Below, in pieces: positions 29,095 to 38,855 of a DNA stretch of 64,000 nt; within the stretch, counting starts at the first letter, position 1, and every line of letters begins with the position of its first letter. Origin of the DNA: Candidatus Rifleibacteriota bacterium (GTDB lineage: Bacteria > Muiribacteriota > Ozemobacteria > Ozemobacterales > Ozemobacteraceae); contig JADFYG010000018.1 of NCBI GenBank assembly GCA_015233155.1, positions 11,000 through 74,999 on the forward strand, read 5' to 3'. A program made the position numbers and the translations under genes. The notes under the pieces were generated by a model, which was not told the DNA's origin, did no database searches, and was given only the letters and a program-made list of their open reading frames with translations.

Positions 29095-31560
29095 ATGATA
29101 CCGCGCCGGTTTATTATTCTTCTCGGAATTGCTCTGCTGATGCTGCTTATCGGCGGAATTTTGAATCAATCCGAGTTGATCCCGATTCAGATGACTTACG
29201 GCAATTTCGATGTGCCGGGCAAGATCAGCTTCGTGAATCGTTTATTGCCCGGGGTTCCCGATCATGCAAGTCTGAAAGTCTACGACTTTGTCGAGACGAA
29301 CTGGCATCCGCTGATAGTGCTCATCGGAATATTATTTCCTCTGATGCTATTTTTTGGCTTATACAAAAATCAGGACTATTGGCGGGACGGCATCACACGC
29401 GTTTTCACACAATGGACAGCATTTGTGATTTCACGTCTCGGTGTGTTCAGGGCCGGAAATGTCTGGCCGATTCGTCGATCCTGCCTGGGCACGTTTCCTT
29501 TCCTGAACTGCCAGGCATGCGAAATGACTACTGGAGCCTGCCCGATCGGTCTTTTGCAGAATATTCTGATACGCGGACGTCTTCCTTTTCAGCTTGTCGG
29601 TTCCATGCTGTTATTCGGTCTTGTGCTTGGAAAATCAATTTGCGGCTGGCTTTGTCCTTTCGGGTTCATCAGCGACCTGCTCGATCGTATCAGCCTGCAT
29701 TGGTACAAATTGCCTCGTTCGCTTTCATATGTGCGATACTGGGCTCTGGCTTTCGTAATAATCGGCCCCCTGGTTTATCTCGCCTTCGGTGCCACTGAAA
29801 TAAACTTCTTTTGCGCCTCGATTTGCGGATCCGGAAAAATTCTGGGATTATTACCCTATTACGTTACTACCGCCACCCCGACAACGTTATCGGATGAAGT
29901 CTGGAATAATCCACAATCGATCGTTCTGTTCAGCCAAATCGGCTTGACTTTGGGATTGTTGATTGCTATGCTTCTCATCTCTGGACGCGTATTCTGCCGC
30001 GTCGTGTGTCCATTGGGCGGATTCTGGGGGCTTTTTTATCCTGTCAGCCTTGCGGGCATACAACATGAAAAAAAGTATTGCAGGGGATGTGGTGCCTGTG
30101 AAACAGTTTGTCCGATGGGTGTTTCCCGCAGTTTTTCAGGGTTCATCGACCGTACGTCCTGTATGTCCTGTGGGCGTTGCATCAGGAAATGCAGTTCTGG
30201 TGCGCGACGTTTTCGCTGGGGATTCGAACCAGAAGTAATCAGGGAGGAAAAGGTGATAGAAACCGGTCAGGGATACGGAAGTCTTTATAATCGTCTCCGA
30301 CGCGATTTTTATCTGCTTACGATGTCGCTTCTGGCAAGAAGCCCGATCGGTATGGCACGTTATGCTTACGATCAGACAAAATTTTACAATCGCCACTACG
30401 GAAACCCTCCCGAAGAGTTCGCCTCTCTTCCACTTGTTTTGAAAAGCGAAATAGGGAACATGGATCCGTATGACCTGTTGTCGCGAGATATGGCTGACTC
30501 GGTTGCATGGTATGGTGAAACTACTGGTTCGACAGGATTTCCAACCCCTGCTTTTTTAACCGAGAGAGAATTTCACGCCGCCAGAGTCATTTCGAAGATA
30601 ACTCCTCACGTAAGCTCAATAGATCGCGTCTTATCAAATAATCGAGCGATTATAAATGGTTTGACTTTCGGTTTCACCATTGCCGGGATGAGTTTCGGCG
30701 ATCTCCTGATGAACCATGGCGGAATGGTTGCCAATGTAGGCACCCGTTCTACGATAGCCACCCCTGAGCGCATGGCACGTGCTTTTAATCGCCTTCGTCC
30801 CTCCGTGCTTACGGGCACACCAATCGATCTGCTTTGCTGGGCTCGCATTCTGAAAGAAGATTATCCCAAGGAGGCGACAAGCATCCTGGAAGAGTTGAAA
30901 ATCTTCATTTCGACTGCTGAATTGTGCGCCGGCTCCCGCAGCAAGGCGATCATGAAAGAGTTCGACCTATTGCACATTGATGTGTATGCTTGCGTAGAAG
31001 GTTTTTTCAGCGTTCCATGTCCCTGCGGTGAAAAACATGTTCTCCCCATTTACCACACAGAACTATGCGATGACGATCGCAAGATAACTGGTGTCTACGG
31101 AGAAGGACGTCTGATATTCACAAATCTGCTTAAAAAAAGCACTCCTCTCGTTCGGTATTTATTGGACGATTTTGTTACGTTGTTTCCAAGTAAGTGCCCA
31201 CACGGATTTGCGCGCAGTGTCGAGCCTCATGGTCGCTGGGAACTCACCGTGCTCGTAAACAACAAGCGTCTTGGAGTGCGTCATTTCGAAGAGGCTATAT
31301 TTCGTCACGGTCTTTTTGGCGATTATCGCGTCGTGCTGAATGACGAAGTTATAGAAGTTACAGTCGAGGAATATGGCGCGCATGATTCGGGCAAGGAAAT
31401 GGAAGATCGGCTTTCAACAGAATTCGGAATGAAAACATCCGTAAAAATAGTTCCCTTTGGCATTATTACTAACTATCGCGAGGTGCGGCGCTCAAAACCG
31501 ATCCTGAAGGTCGAAGACAAGCGCAGCGGTTCAACACAGAAAATTCCGGAATATCTATAA
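29095..31560 (+). CDS. Fusion of a membrane 4Fe-4S-binding (NapH/MauN-like) domain and a phenylacetate-CoA-ligase-like (ANL) domain
   Basis: N-half: TM helices, CQAC...CPIG, CGWLCPFG, FCRVVCPLG, two CxxCxxCxxxC motifs. C-half: ETTGSTGFPT P-loop, DVYACVEG, TPLVRYLLDD. One continuous ORF. Confidence 0.8.
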   Translation: MIPRRFIILLGIALLMLLIGGILNQSELIPIQMTYGNFDVPGKISFVNRLLPGVPDHASLKVYDFVETNWHPLIVLIGILFPLMLFFGLYKNQDYWRDGITRVFTQWTAFVISRLGVFRAGNVWPIRRSCLGTFPFLNCQACEMTTGACPIGLLQNILIRGRLPFQLVGSMLLFGLVLGKSICGWLCPFGFISDLLDRISLHWYKLPRSLSYVRYWALAFVIIGPLVYLAFGATEINFFCASICGSGKILGLLPYYVTTATPTTLSDEVWNNPQSIVLFSQIGLTLGLLIAMLLISGRVFCRVVCPLGGFWGLFYPVSLAGIQHEKKYCRGCGACETVCPMGVSRSFSGFIDRTSCMSCGRCIRKCSSGARRFRWGFEPEVIREEKVIETGQGYGSLYNRLRRDFYLLTMSLLARSPIGMARYAYDQTKFYNRHYGNPPEEFASLPLVLKSEIGNMDPYDLLSRDMADSVAWYGETTGSTGFPTPAFLTEREFHAARVISKITPHVSSIDRVLSNNRAIINGLTFGFTIAGMSFGDLLMNHGGMVANVGTRSTIATPERMARAFNRLRPSVLTGTPIDLLCWARILKEDYPKEATSILEELKIFISTAELCAGSRSKAIMKEFDLLHIDVYACVEGFFSVPCPCGEKHVLPIYHTELCDDDRKITGVYGEGRLIFTNLLKKSTPLVRYLLDDFVTLFPSKCPHGFARSVEPHGRWELTVLVNNKRLGVRHFEEAIFRHGLFGDYRVVLNDEVIEVTVEEYGAHDSGKEMEDRLSTEFGMKTSVKIVPFGIITNYREVRRSKPILKVEDKRSGSTQKIPEYL

Positions 31561-31590
31561 TCAGTCTATCGATCAAATAAGGAAACAGGC

Positions 31591-33969
31591 ATGGATCAGA
31601 ACCCAAAACTGTGTCCGAGGTGCCAGCAGGCAAATTTTCCCGTCGCGGAATTTTGTAGACATTGCGGAGAACCTATGTTTGAAATGGGTTCTCTGTCTCG
31701 CTCATCGCTTTTTTCCCGCCTGATTGGGCATGCAGTCGACGGCTTGTTCTGGTGTGTCGACGAATTGGTAAGATGGTGGGAAATCGGGCGTTTGACGATG
31801 GAAATAAAAACTCTTCGTCGCCATCGCAGCAACCTCCTCAAAAAAGTCGGAAGCGTGGACGATGTAAGCGATTCAGCAAACTCCTCCACTCCTCCCGATG
31901 CTGATCGTGAGGATTTGATACGACTTTCCGAAGAAATATCCCGTATCGCCGGACGAGAGGATTTCCTGCGAAAGCGCAGTTGGGCCCTGACCCCGGAACT
32001 CCTTCTCCTCGGAATAGTTCTGATATTCATCGGAGGAATTTTTTGGCTCCGCCCACGCACAGATGCAATTCTTACCCTTTCGGCTCCCGTCGCCAACGTC
32101 CAATCAGCAGTAACCCTGCTTCGTGAAGCTCCGCTACCGGATCATCAGGTTGTTACCACGGCAGCCTGGTTTGGTTCACGGTTGTACGTTGGCGGAGACG
32201 GAGGACTGACAGTCATTGATCCTGCCACAGGTATTGCCACAAGCGTTCCGGCATTGCCGGCAGGTTTCTTTGTACGACATCTGGTCGATGAGGGCACGCG
32301 CCTGCTCATCGCCGGATACGGCGGAGTATTCACACTCGATGCGGCTGGTCTGCAAACGCTTTACGATGGCTCAAAGCTCCCCGCCTCCATGATCAATCGC
32401 ATTGCCCCGATTAAGGGCGGCCACCTCCTTGGAAGCATCGGCCAAGGCCTGTTGCATGGTCGAAATGGCCTGGGAATGATGGTTCTTGGCACCCAGGACC
32501 TGACAATTACCGGATTCGCGCGTTTCGACGGAGAACTTTGGCTGCTTCACGAACGCGGGCTGCTGAAAGGTGACGGAACGCAGTTCTCGTCTATTTCTCT
32601 TCCGGTTCTGACTGGCCGGCGACTTTCATCCATTGCGGCTGATGGGGAGGCTCTATACCTTGGCACCGATGAGGGTGTCATTGCCGGTTACAAGAATGCT
32701 GGCTCCTGGGTCTGGACTCCTTTGGCCAGCGGCGGCCCGCGCAAAGTAACTGACCTGATCGTTTCGAGCGGAACGCTACTGGTAATGTCCTCTGAAGGTT
32801 TGTATCGTCGAAAGGAAGGCCGTTTCGAAAAACTTGCCGATGCCGGTCAGGGAACCGTTATTGCCCTTGGTTCTAATCTTCTGGCTATCGCGGGACCTCG
32901 TCGTGTTTCATTCTTTGGCTTTGCAGCCAACCCGGGAGAAGCGGCGGCAAATATCCCGACTGTCAGAGTAATTCCAGTCATCGGATCATATTCAGTTGAC
33001 CAACCCCCTGCTGCGAATATGTCCCCAATTCCAGGTATAAACCCCGTTCCATCTGCGCCTGCGCCATCATTACCCGCCGGCGCCGCGCCCTCTTCAGGTA
33101 ACAGCACAAGCGCCTTCTTTAACATGACGACCCTTCCGACGAGCTTGACAACCCAGTTCGTATCCGCTCTTGCCTGGGATGGCAGCCGACTCTGGACCGG
33201 AACCGCCAACGATGGCTTATGGCGTTTTTCCGATAACACCTGGACAGGCTTTTCCACATCGAACGGTGGTCTTACTGACAATCAAATCGTCTCGCTTTTC
33301 CAACTCCAGGGCAAAACCTTCTTGTATTCCTGGATGCTTGGAATCATGACCCTTGATAGCGGTCGTCCGGTTCCGCTTATTCCGCCATCTTCTATTTCGG
33401 GTCTGATAGGCGTTTCCGGTGATCCTGCAAATCCTCTGATTCTTTTTGAAGATGGCCGGCTGCGTCGTTTCGCCGGACCGGGAAAGTTCGATGAAATCGG
33501 GCGCATTCCTGAAGACTATTTCACATCAATCCGTTCTCTTCAGGTGGTCAGCGGAAGCCCACTAATTGTTACAGACCAGGGAATACTGGTACGAGAATCC
33601 CCGACCCACTGGATTCTTATCCGATATCCGGATTCTCACCCCTCCTCAGTAAAAGCTGTTCTGTCAACAATTGGCCAGGAAGGAGTAATTTATGTTGCTC
33701 TTTCCGATGGAACAATTTATTCGTTCGCGTCCGCTTCGAAACAAATTACCAAAATAGGCATTCTTGAGGAACGCCCTCGAGCTATTGCCTTCGGAAAAAC
33801 CTTATGGGCCGCCACGTTTAAGAGTTTATACCAGGCGACTCCGAATGGTCTTGTCCGCATTTCCGCCGCCGAAGGCCTCGGAATTGTTGGTATACAACCG
33901 ATTATTGAGAAAAATGTTTTAATACTGGCTACATCCCTTGGCCTTAGAAGTCTTCCGATAAGTTTCTAA
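31591..33969 (+). CDS. Zinc-ribbon + TM + beta-propeller protein
   Basis: CPRC...FCRHCG zinc ribbon; one TM helix; propeller-blade-like repeats (LYVGGDGGL, LYLGTDEG, LWTGTANDGLWRF); Pro-rich linker. Confidence 0.7.
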   Translation: MDQNPKLCPRCQQANFPVAEFCRHCGEPMFEMGSLSRSSLFSRLIGHAVDGLFWCVDELVRWWEIGRLTMEIKTLRRHRSNLLKKVGSVDDVSDSANSSTPPDADREDLIRLSEEISRIAGREDFLRKRSWALTPELLLLGIVLIFIGGIFWLRPRTDAILTLSAPVANVQSAVTLLREAPLPDHQVVTTAAWFGSRLYVGGDGGLTVIDPATGIATSVPALPAGFFVRHLVDEGTRLLIAGYGGVFTLDAAGLQTLYDGSKLPASMINRIAPIKGGHLLGSIGQGLLHGRNGLGMMVLGTQDLTITGFARFDGELWLLHERGLLKGDGTQFSSISLPVLTGRRLSSIAADGEALYLGTDEGVIAGYKNAGSWVWTPLASGGPRKVTDLIVSSGTLLVMSSEGLYRRKEGRFEKLADAGQGTVIALGSNLLAIAGPRRVSFFGFAANPGEAAANIPTVRVIPVIGSYSVDQPPAANMSPIPGINPVPSAPAPSLPAGAAPSSGNSTSAFFNMTTLPTSLTTQFVSALAWDGSRLWTGTANDGLWRFSDNTWTGFSTSNGGLTDNQIVSLFQLQGKTFLYSWMLGIMTLDSGRPVPLIPPSSISGLIGVSGDPANPLILFEDGRLRRFAGPGKFDEIGRIPEDYFTSIRSLQVVSGSPLIVTDQGILVRESPTHWILIRYPDSHPSSVKAVLSTIGQEGVIYVALSDGTIYSFASASKQITKIGILEERPRAIAFGKTLWAATFKSLYQATPNGLVRISAAEGLGIVGIQPIIEKNVLILATSLGLRSLPISF

Positions 33970-34061
33970 TCATTCACAAAAGAAAGCATTCGGCCGATAA
34001 GAAAAACACCAATACGATTCAGATTTAACTTTTTTCAATCCACGACACGGGAAGTCAGGTA

Positions 34062-34514
34062 GTGGCGGAAGAATATTTACCGGTATTTGCTGAAGAGATT
34101 TTCATCGTCAACCTGTATGGGAATGACGATGAAATCGAGGAATTTAACTTCCTCATGCAAAGCCCGGATGTCGAAAAAAATCTGATTTCCATGGCGCTCC
34201 TGATCGAAGAGATCAAGCGCCGCAGTCTGCTTAAAATGAACTGGTATTGTTGCTGGCGATGCCAGTATCATGCCAGTTGCAAGATCAACTGGTATCGTGG
34301 CTTACGTCGGTTTGAGCTTCGCAATTGCTGCACTTACTGCCAGAACTTCTGGGACTGTCATAGACAATATTGCAATCAGGTTGAAGGCAATGCTGCGAAT
34401 TCTCAACAGAGCCACTGCGGGAAGCCTCCTGACGAGCCCGCAAAATCTGATCCCGGTCCTCAACCAGGCCCTCCTTCAAACGTTCCGCGAAAAGGTCCTT
34501 CGAACAAAAAATGA
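34062..34514 (+). CDS. Cys-rich hypothetical protein with two CC-x2-C-x5-C motifs
   Basis: CCWRCQYHASC and CCTYCQNFWDC; 4-nt overlap with the next gene. Confidence 0.7.
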   Translation: MAEEYLPVFAEEIFIVNLYGNDDEIEEFNFLMQSPDVEKNLISMALLIEEIKRRSLLKMNWYCCWRCQYHASCKINWYRGLRRFELRNCCTYCQNFWDCHRQYCNQVEGNAANSQQSHCGKPPDEPAKSDPGPQPGPPSNVPRKGPSNKK

Positions 34515-35299
34515 GGTATTTCTTCAAGCGTGTGTTCAGAAACGTTTTCGATCAGAGCTGCCCACGGAACGTTATACATACTTTTCTTCTTCTTTCTGTA
34601 TTTTTTTTGACGGTTGCTTTGCCTTCCAGTGCCGATCTGACACTTCAGGGCCCCTCTGGTTTTATCCAGGTCCCGTCCGCAAAGACTATTCACGCCGGCG
34701 GAATTGAGTGGGCGGCTCATACACGGATGTTCCAGGCTCCAGGAACACGCAGCGACCACTTTCTCACTGATCTGGCACTTGGTTTTTCCCCAATCCGTGA
34801 TCTGGAAATCGGCGTTGAAAAAGCCATAGATTCCCGGCGCGGCAAAGACGATTTTGATCCGGACCCAACGGTCAACGTAAAAGTTCGCCTTCCTCCCATG
34901 GGGGGTGAGTTTTCCGAAACGGCTCTGGGACTTCTTTTGGACACCAATCCCAACAATTACCACACTCTGTATTTTTCGGTTGGCGGTCTCGGACTAGGAT
35001 GGAACTTCGGTGGCAACCCCGGCTCTGGAATTGCACATTTCGGCGAATACGATCGCGGCCGCAAGGCTCCTAAAAGCTTATGCCTTCTCGTCGGCGGCGA
35101 TCTCAATCCAGGAAACCCAGACGAGCGTGGCTATCGCGGTCACGCGATTGCTGATTACAATGGAGACGTGTTTTCCATCGGCTGGCGATTCAAGAACTAT
35201 CGCGGATTCTGGGTCGATCTGGCCGCGCAAAGCAAGAGCAGTTATACCGACATTTATAATTATCAACCGATTATCTTTGGAGTCGGCGCGATCTTTTGA
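34511..35299 (+). CDS. Hypothetical exported protein, probable outer-membrane beta-barrel
   Basis: Signal peptide; GPSGFIQVPSA start; alternating beta-strand pattern; terminal Phe (IIFGVGAIF). Confidence 0.6.
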   Translation: MRYFFKRVFRNVFDQSCPRNVIHTFLLLSVFFLTVALPSSADLTLQGPSGFIQVPSAKTIHAGGIEWAAHTRMFQAPGTRSDHFLTDLALGFSPIRDLEIGVEKAIDSRRGKDDFDPDPTVNVKVRLPPMGGEFSETALGLLLDTNPNNYHTLYFSVGGLGLGWNFGGNPGSGIAHFGEYDRGRKAPKSLCLLVGGDLNPGNPDERGYRGHAIADYNGDVFSIGWRFKNYRGFWVDLAAQSKSSYTDIYNYQPIIFGVGAIF

Positions 35300-35394
35300 C
35301 CATTCAGTCTGAGTCCATCAATTGACAATTCAGACATGCAAAACCATATTTGAATCAGGATGGGTTTAATTACCCACACACAAACACGGGAAGA

Positions 35395-35435
35395 GGACTT
35401 TTTCGGTCTAAAGTGGGACTAAGACAGGACTAAGA
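35395..35435 (+). promoter_or_regulatory. Four helically phased short direct repeats
   Basis: GGACTTTTT (35395), GGTCTAAAG (35405), GGACTAAGA (35416), GGACTAAGA (35427); spacing 10-11 bp. Confidence 0.45.
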
Positions 35436-35497
35436 GAGGGTATAAAGCACAAAATCCGAACGTCGCTCCTCCCGGGAGAAAGCATGGGAGGTATATT

Positions 35498-35716
35498 ATG
35501 AAGAGGATTATGCTTGGAATCTTTATCCTTATCCCAAAGCTCGGGCTCGGCGCTAATTCTGCTATTGGATGGGCTTTAACACACGAACCGACTGATTACA
35601 TCGTGAATTTTTTCGGAACGATAGTTCTTCTGATTCTCCTTGATCTCAATATAAAAAAGGTGCTTCCAGGCCTCAAAAGAACCTTACGGATGTTTTATCA
35701 ACATTGGGCCTGGTAA
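35498..35716 (+). CDS. Small (72 aa) membrane protein
   Basis: RBS GGGAGG just upstream; two hydrophobic segments; fills an otherwise empty interval. Confidence 0.55.
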   Translation: MKRIMLGIFILIPKLGLGANSAIGWALTHEPTDYIVNFFGTIVLLILLDLNIKKVLPGLKRTLRMFYQHWAW

Positions 35717-35799
35717 TTTCTCAAATAATTCAGTTTTGATCTTTTAATGCCTCTGTGTGGTATAGTGTGAATACCACCCTTTCCAGGGTCGGTATTCAC

Positions 35800-37860
35800 A
35801 TGATAAAAAAAAGTGTCAGCCCGCGTCAGATACCATTTTTTCATCGATTGAAGGTAAAGACCTGGATCGGTGTTTTTTTGCTGACCGTGGTTCCGCTTGC
35901 GTTGCTTGGCTGGTATGCCGTTGGATTATTTGCAGGCATCAGCCGGGATCAGTTGTTGCGCAGCAATTTGCAGGCTTTTCAACAGGTAAAAATAGAGATA
36001 GAACATTATGTGAATCAGCACGTGGAACTGATCCAGTTCTTACGTAATGATGCCAGACTGGCCAGAGGTGGAGTGGAAACTTCTGACGCTTTGCTGGCTT
36101 TGCACAGGCAATACGAATTTATCGAAAGATTAGTATTGTGTGCCTCGGAGGGCAGCATCCTGGCTAACGCGGGAGCGGAAAACGCATCATCACCTGTTTT
36201 GTCTGATGTCGAGCGCGGGATGCTTGGCAGTAATTCGACTATTCAGTTCATTTCGGGTTCGTTCGTCTTTCGGGCCACAACGGAAGATGGGACCGGCCGT
36301 TCCTTACTTGGCACCGTTTCTATGCAGAAATTGCGTAAAACCCTTGAAGGAGCAGCGTTTGGCACAAGTTTCCGCTATCATCTGGTGACACGGGAAGGAA
36401 AAGACATTCTTGGACAGACCGATTTTCCACGAGCATTGATAGACGGTTTGCTACAGCTTCCATTTGGTGCTTACGATATCGCTCCTGGCACCGAAACCGG
36501 CATTACGAAAGTCGCATTGATTCTGCCCATATTGCGTTTCGGATTGCGTGTGATCGTTGTCCAGGACGCAATGGAGGTCTACGCCGGGGTAGACCGATTG
36601 CGGCGCAATGTTATCTTTGTTGTTGTGGGCGTTTGTCTTGTTGCCTTTTTATTCGGAACCATGTTCAGCATTGGTATAGCTTCGCCGATCAACCGCATTG
36701 CTCACACGGCTAACCAGATGGCCCTGGGAAATCTGAACGTCAGTGTTCCGGCAAATCGGAAAGATGAAATCGGTTTTCTCGCCTCTTGCTTCAATCGCAT
36801 GACTTCCAATATTCGAAAGAAAGTATTCGAAATTACGGCTTTATACAAGATTTCCGAGATCATCAATCAGGCGAAGAGCTATCAACAGGCCCTCGATCAG
36901 ACTTTGGCTTACATCGTGACTATTTTTCTTGCCAAACGCGGTTCAATTCAATTGATCGACGAAAGTGGTCTGGAGTTGCGCCTGAAAAGTGTTCGGGAAT
37001 TCGTCCAGTTGGGTGACAAATCCGACAAACCCGATAAAGCGCCCACAGAGCATATTAATCTGAAACTCGGAGAGGGGATCGCAGGCATCGTAGCCCAGTC
37101 CGGTCAACCAATCCTTTCCATGGATTGCGCCAATGACGAGCGTTTCAAACCATATGGCGATGATTTGCTTGAACCCCCCAAGGATTTGTTGTGTGTGCCA
37201 TTGCTGATTCAGGGCAAAGCATGCGGAGTGATCAACCTCGTAGACAGAGAGCCTTCTCCGTTTCTGGGCGATGTCATGGAACTCATGACGAGTATTGCCA
37301 ATCAGACTGCACTTTCGATCGAAAATGCAAAATTGCATGAGCTGGCGATTACAGATGGTTTAACACGTCTTTTTATCCATCGGTATTTTCAGTTGAAACT
37401 TGATGACGAGATCAGCCGGTTCAAACGACATCAGGAAGTGTTTTCTCTGGTTATGTTCGACATCGATCATTTCAAGAAATTCAACGACACATACGGACAT
37501 CAACTTGGAGATGCTGTACTACGCGAGACTGCGCGACTGGTCAAAGAGACTGTCCGACCAACTGATATTCCATGCCGGTATGGTGGCGAAGAGTTCGCGA
37601 TCATACTCAGCCACACGCTGGCGGAGCCTGCAAGGCTGTTTGCCGAGCGCTTGCGTGAGCGGATTGAAACTCACCCCTTCCCCGGCCACACAGAACCGTT
37701 AAGGGTTACAATCAGCATCGGCGTCGCCGAATTCCCGCGTATGGCAGCCACAAAGATGGAGTTGGTCAAGCATACCGATCAGGCGTTGTATGCATGCAAA
37801 CATCGCGGTCGCAATTGCGTCACAGTCTGGGATGAAACAATTACCGGAGACATGAAATGA
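35800..37860 (+). CDS. Membrane sensor diguanylate cyclase (periplasmic sensor-HAMP-GAF-GGDEF)
   Basis: Two TM helices, HAMP (RKDEIGFLA..FN.M), GAF (LCVPLLIQG..CGVINL), DGLT, DIDHFKKFNDTYGH, RPTD I-site, RYGGEEF. Confidence 0.93.
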   Translation: MIKKSVSPRQIPFFHRLKVKTWIGVFLLTVVPLALLGWYAVGLFAGISRDQLLRSNLQAFQQVKIEIEHYVNQHVELIQFLRNDARLARGGVETSDALLALHRQYEFIERLVLCASEGSILANAGAENASSPVLSDVERGMLGSNSTIQFISGSFVFRATTEDGTGRSLLGTVSMQKLRKTLEGAAFGTSFRYHLVTREGKDILGQTDFPRALIDGLLQLPFGAYDIAPGTETGITKVALILPILRFGLRVIVVQDAMEVYAGVDRLRRNVIFVVVGVCLVAFLFGTMFSIGIASPINRIAHTANQMALGNLNVSVPANRKDEIGFLASCFNRMTSNIRKKVFEITALYKISEIINQAKSYQQALDQTLAYIVTIFLAKRGSIQLIDESGLELRLKSVREFVQLGDKSDKPDKAPTEHINLKLGEGIAGIVAQSGQPILSMDCANDERFKPYGDDLLEPPKDLLCVPLLIQGKACGVINLVDREPSPFLGDVMELMTSIANQTALSIENAKLHELAITDGLTRLFIHRYFQLKLDDEISRFKRHQEVFSLVMFDIDHFKKFNDTYGHQLGDAVLRETARLVKETVRPTDIPCRYGGEEFAIILSHTLAEPARLFAERLRERIETHPFPGHTEPLRVTISIGVAEFPRMAATKMELVKHTDQALYACKHRGRNCVTVWDETITGDMK

Positions 37861-38855
37861 GACTCCGCTGGCGACAATGTGTCTTCGTGTTATGTGTATT
37901 TCTTTCGGCTTTTCCGCTGATTGCCGACGAGCTTGAAAGCCTGCACTTTACCCCGGTAAGACGATTCTTTGGTATAGGCACGGCCAGCATTAACGGAGCT
38001 TATTTTCCGCTGGGGGCCGCTTTAGCGCGCTTATTTAACGCGCATTTCGACGATATTATGACAATCGCTGAGCCGACGAGCGGCTCTTTGGCGAATCTGG
38101 AGTATCTGCGTAGTGGTGATCTGGCATTGGCGCTCGTTCAAAGTGATCTTGCCTGGGACGCATTTCACGGATTAAGAGCTTTCGCCGGTCATCCTTTTTC
38201 CGATTTGCGAGTTCTGACTGCCTTGCATGCGGAGGTAGTTCAGGTGGCTGTTGCCGCCAGCTCTTCGATTCGATTACTCGGTGAGCTGCGCGGACACCGT
38301 ATAGTCGTCGGCGAGCGCGGCAGCGGGTCGGCTATCAATGCCTCCATGATCCTGGAAACCCTTGGATTATCTTCCAGTGACTATTCAGCGGTATATCTTC
38401 CCTTCACAAAGGCTACCGCCGCAATAGCCGATAGCGAGGCTGATGCGGTTTTCTTTACCGGGGCGGCGCCATCTGAAGGTTTTACAAACCTTGCGGCCCG
38501 CTTACCCATCCGCTTGTTAAGCTTCACATCCGAACAACAACACCGGCTGACCGAAACATATCCGTTCTGGTCCGCGGAAACCGTTCCCGCCGGTTTGTAT
38601 GGTTCGGAAAACCCCGCCGTTTCCACCGTCGGTCTTCGGGCTCTCCTGGTTACGCGCGCATCGCTTGACTCGGCAACGGTAGAAGAGATGCTGAAACTAT
38701 TATTCGGAAATCTTCAGCTGTTAGCGTCAATGAGTCATTCAGCAGCCGGTATCCGGCTTGAAAATGCTCTTAAAAGTGTCGAAACCGGAATGCTTCACGA
38801 AGGTGCCCGCAACTATTTCATAGGTTGCAATATCGCATTGCCGGCTTCGCGATAA
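37857..38855 (+). CDS. TAXI-family TRAP solute-binding protein
   Basis: IGTAS..GAYFP.G, TSGS..NL..L..G..ALVQSD, VGE.GSGS, LHEGA..YF. Confidence 0.88.
   Translation: MRLRWRQCVFVLCVFLSAFPLIADELESLHFTPVRRFFGIGTASINGAYFPLGAALARLFNAHFDDIMTIAEPTSGSLANLEYLRSGDLALALVQSDLAWDAFHGLRAFAGHPFSDLRVLTALHAEVVQVAVAASSSIRLLGELRGHRIVVGERGSGSAINASMILETLGLSSSDYSAVYLPFTKATAAIADSEADAVFFTGAAPSEGFTNLAARLPIRLLSFTSEQQHRLTETYPFWSAETVPAGLYGSENPAVSTVGLRALLVTRASLDSATVEEMLKLLFGNLQLLASMSHSAAGIRLENALKSVETGMLHEGARNYFIGCNIALPASR

Noticed and set aside
35300-35497. c-di-GMP riboswitch upstream of the small ORF and DGC
   Set aside because: A GCAAAACC-like start is present, but the GNRA/receptor and second-stem elements of the GEMM motif are not.
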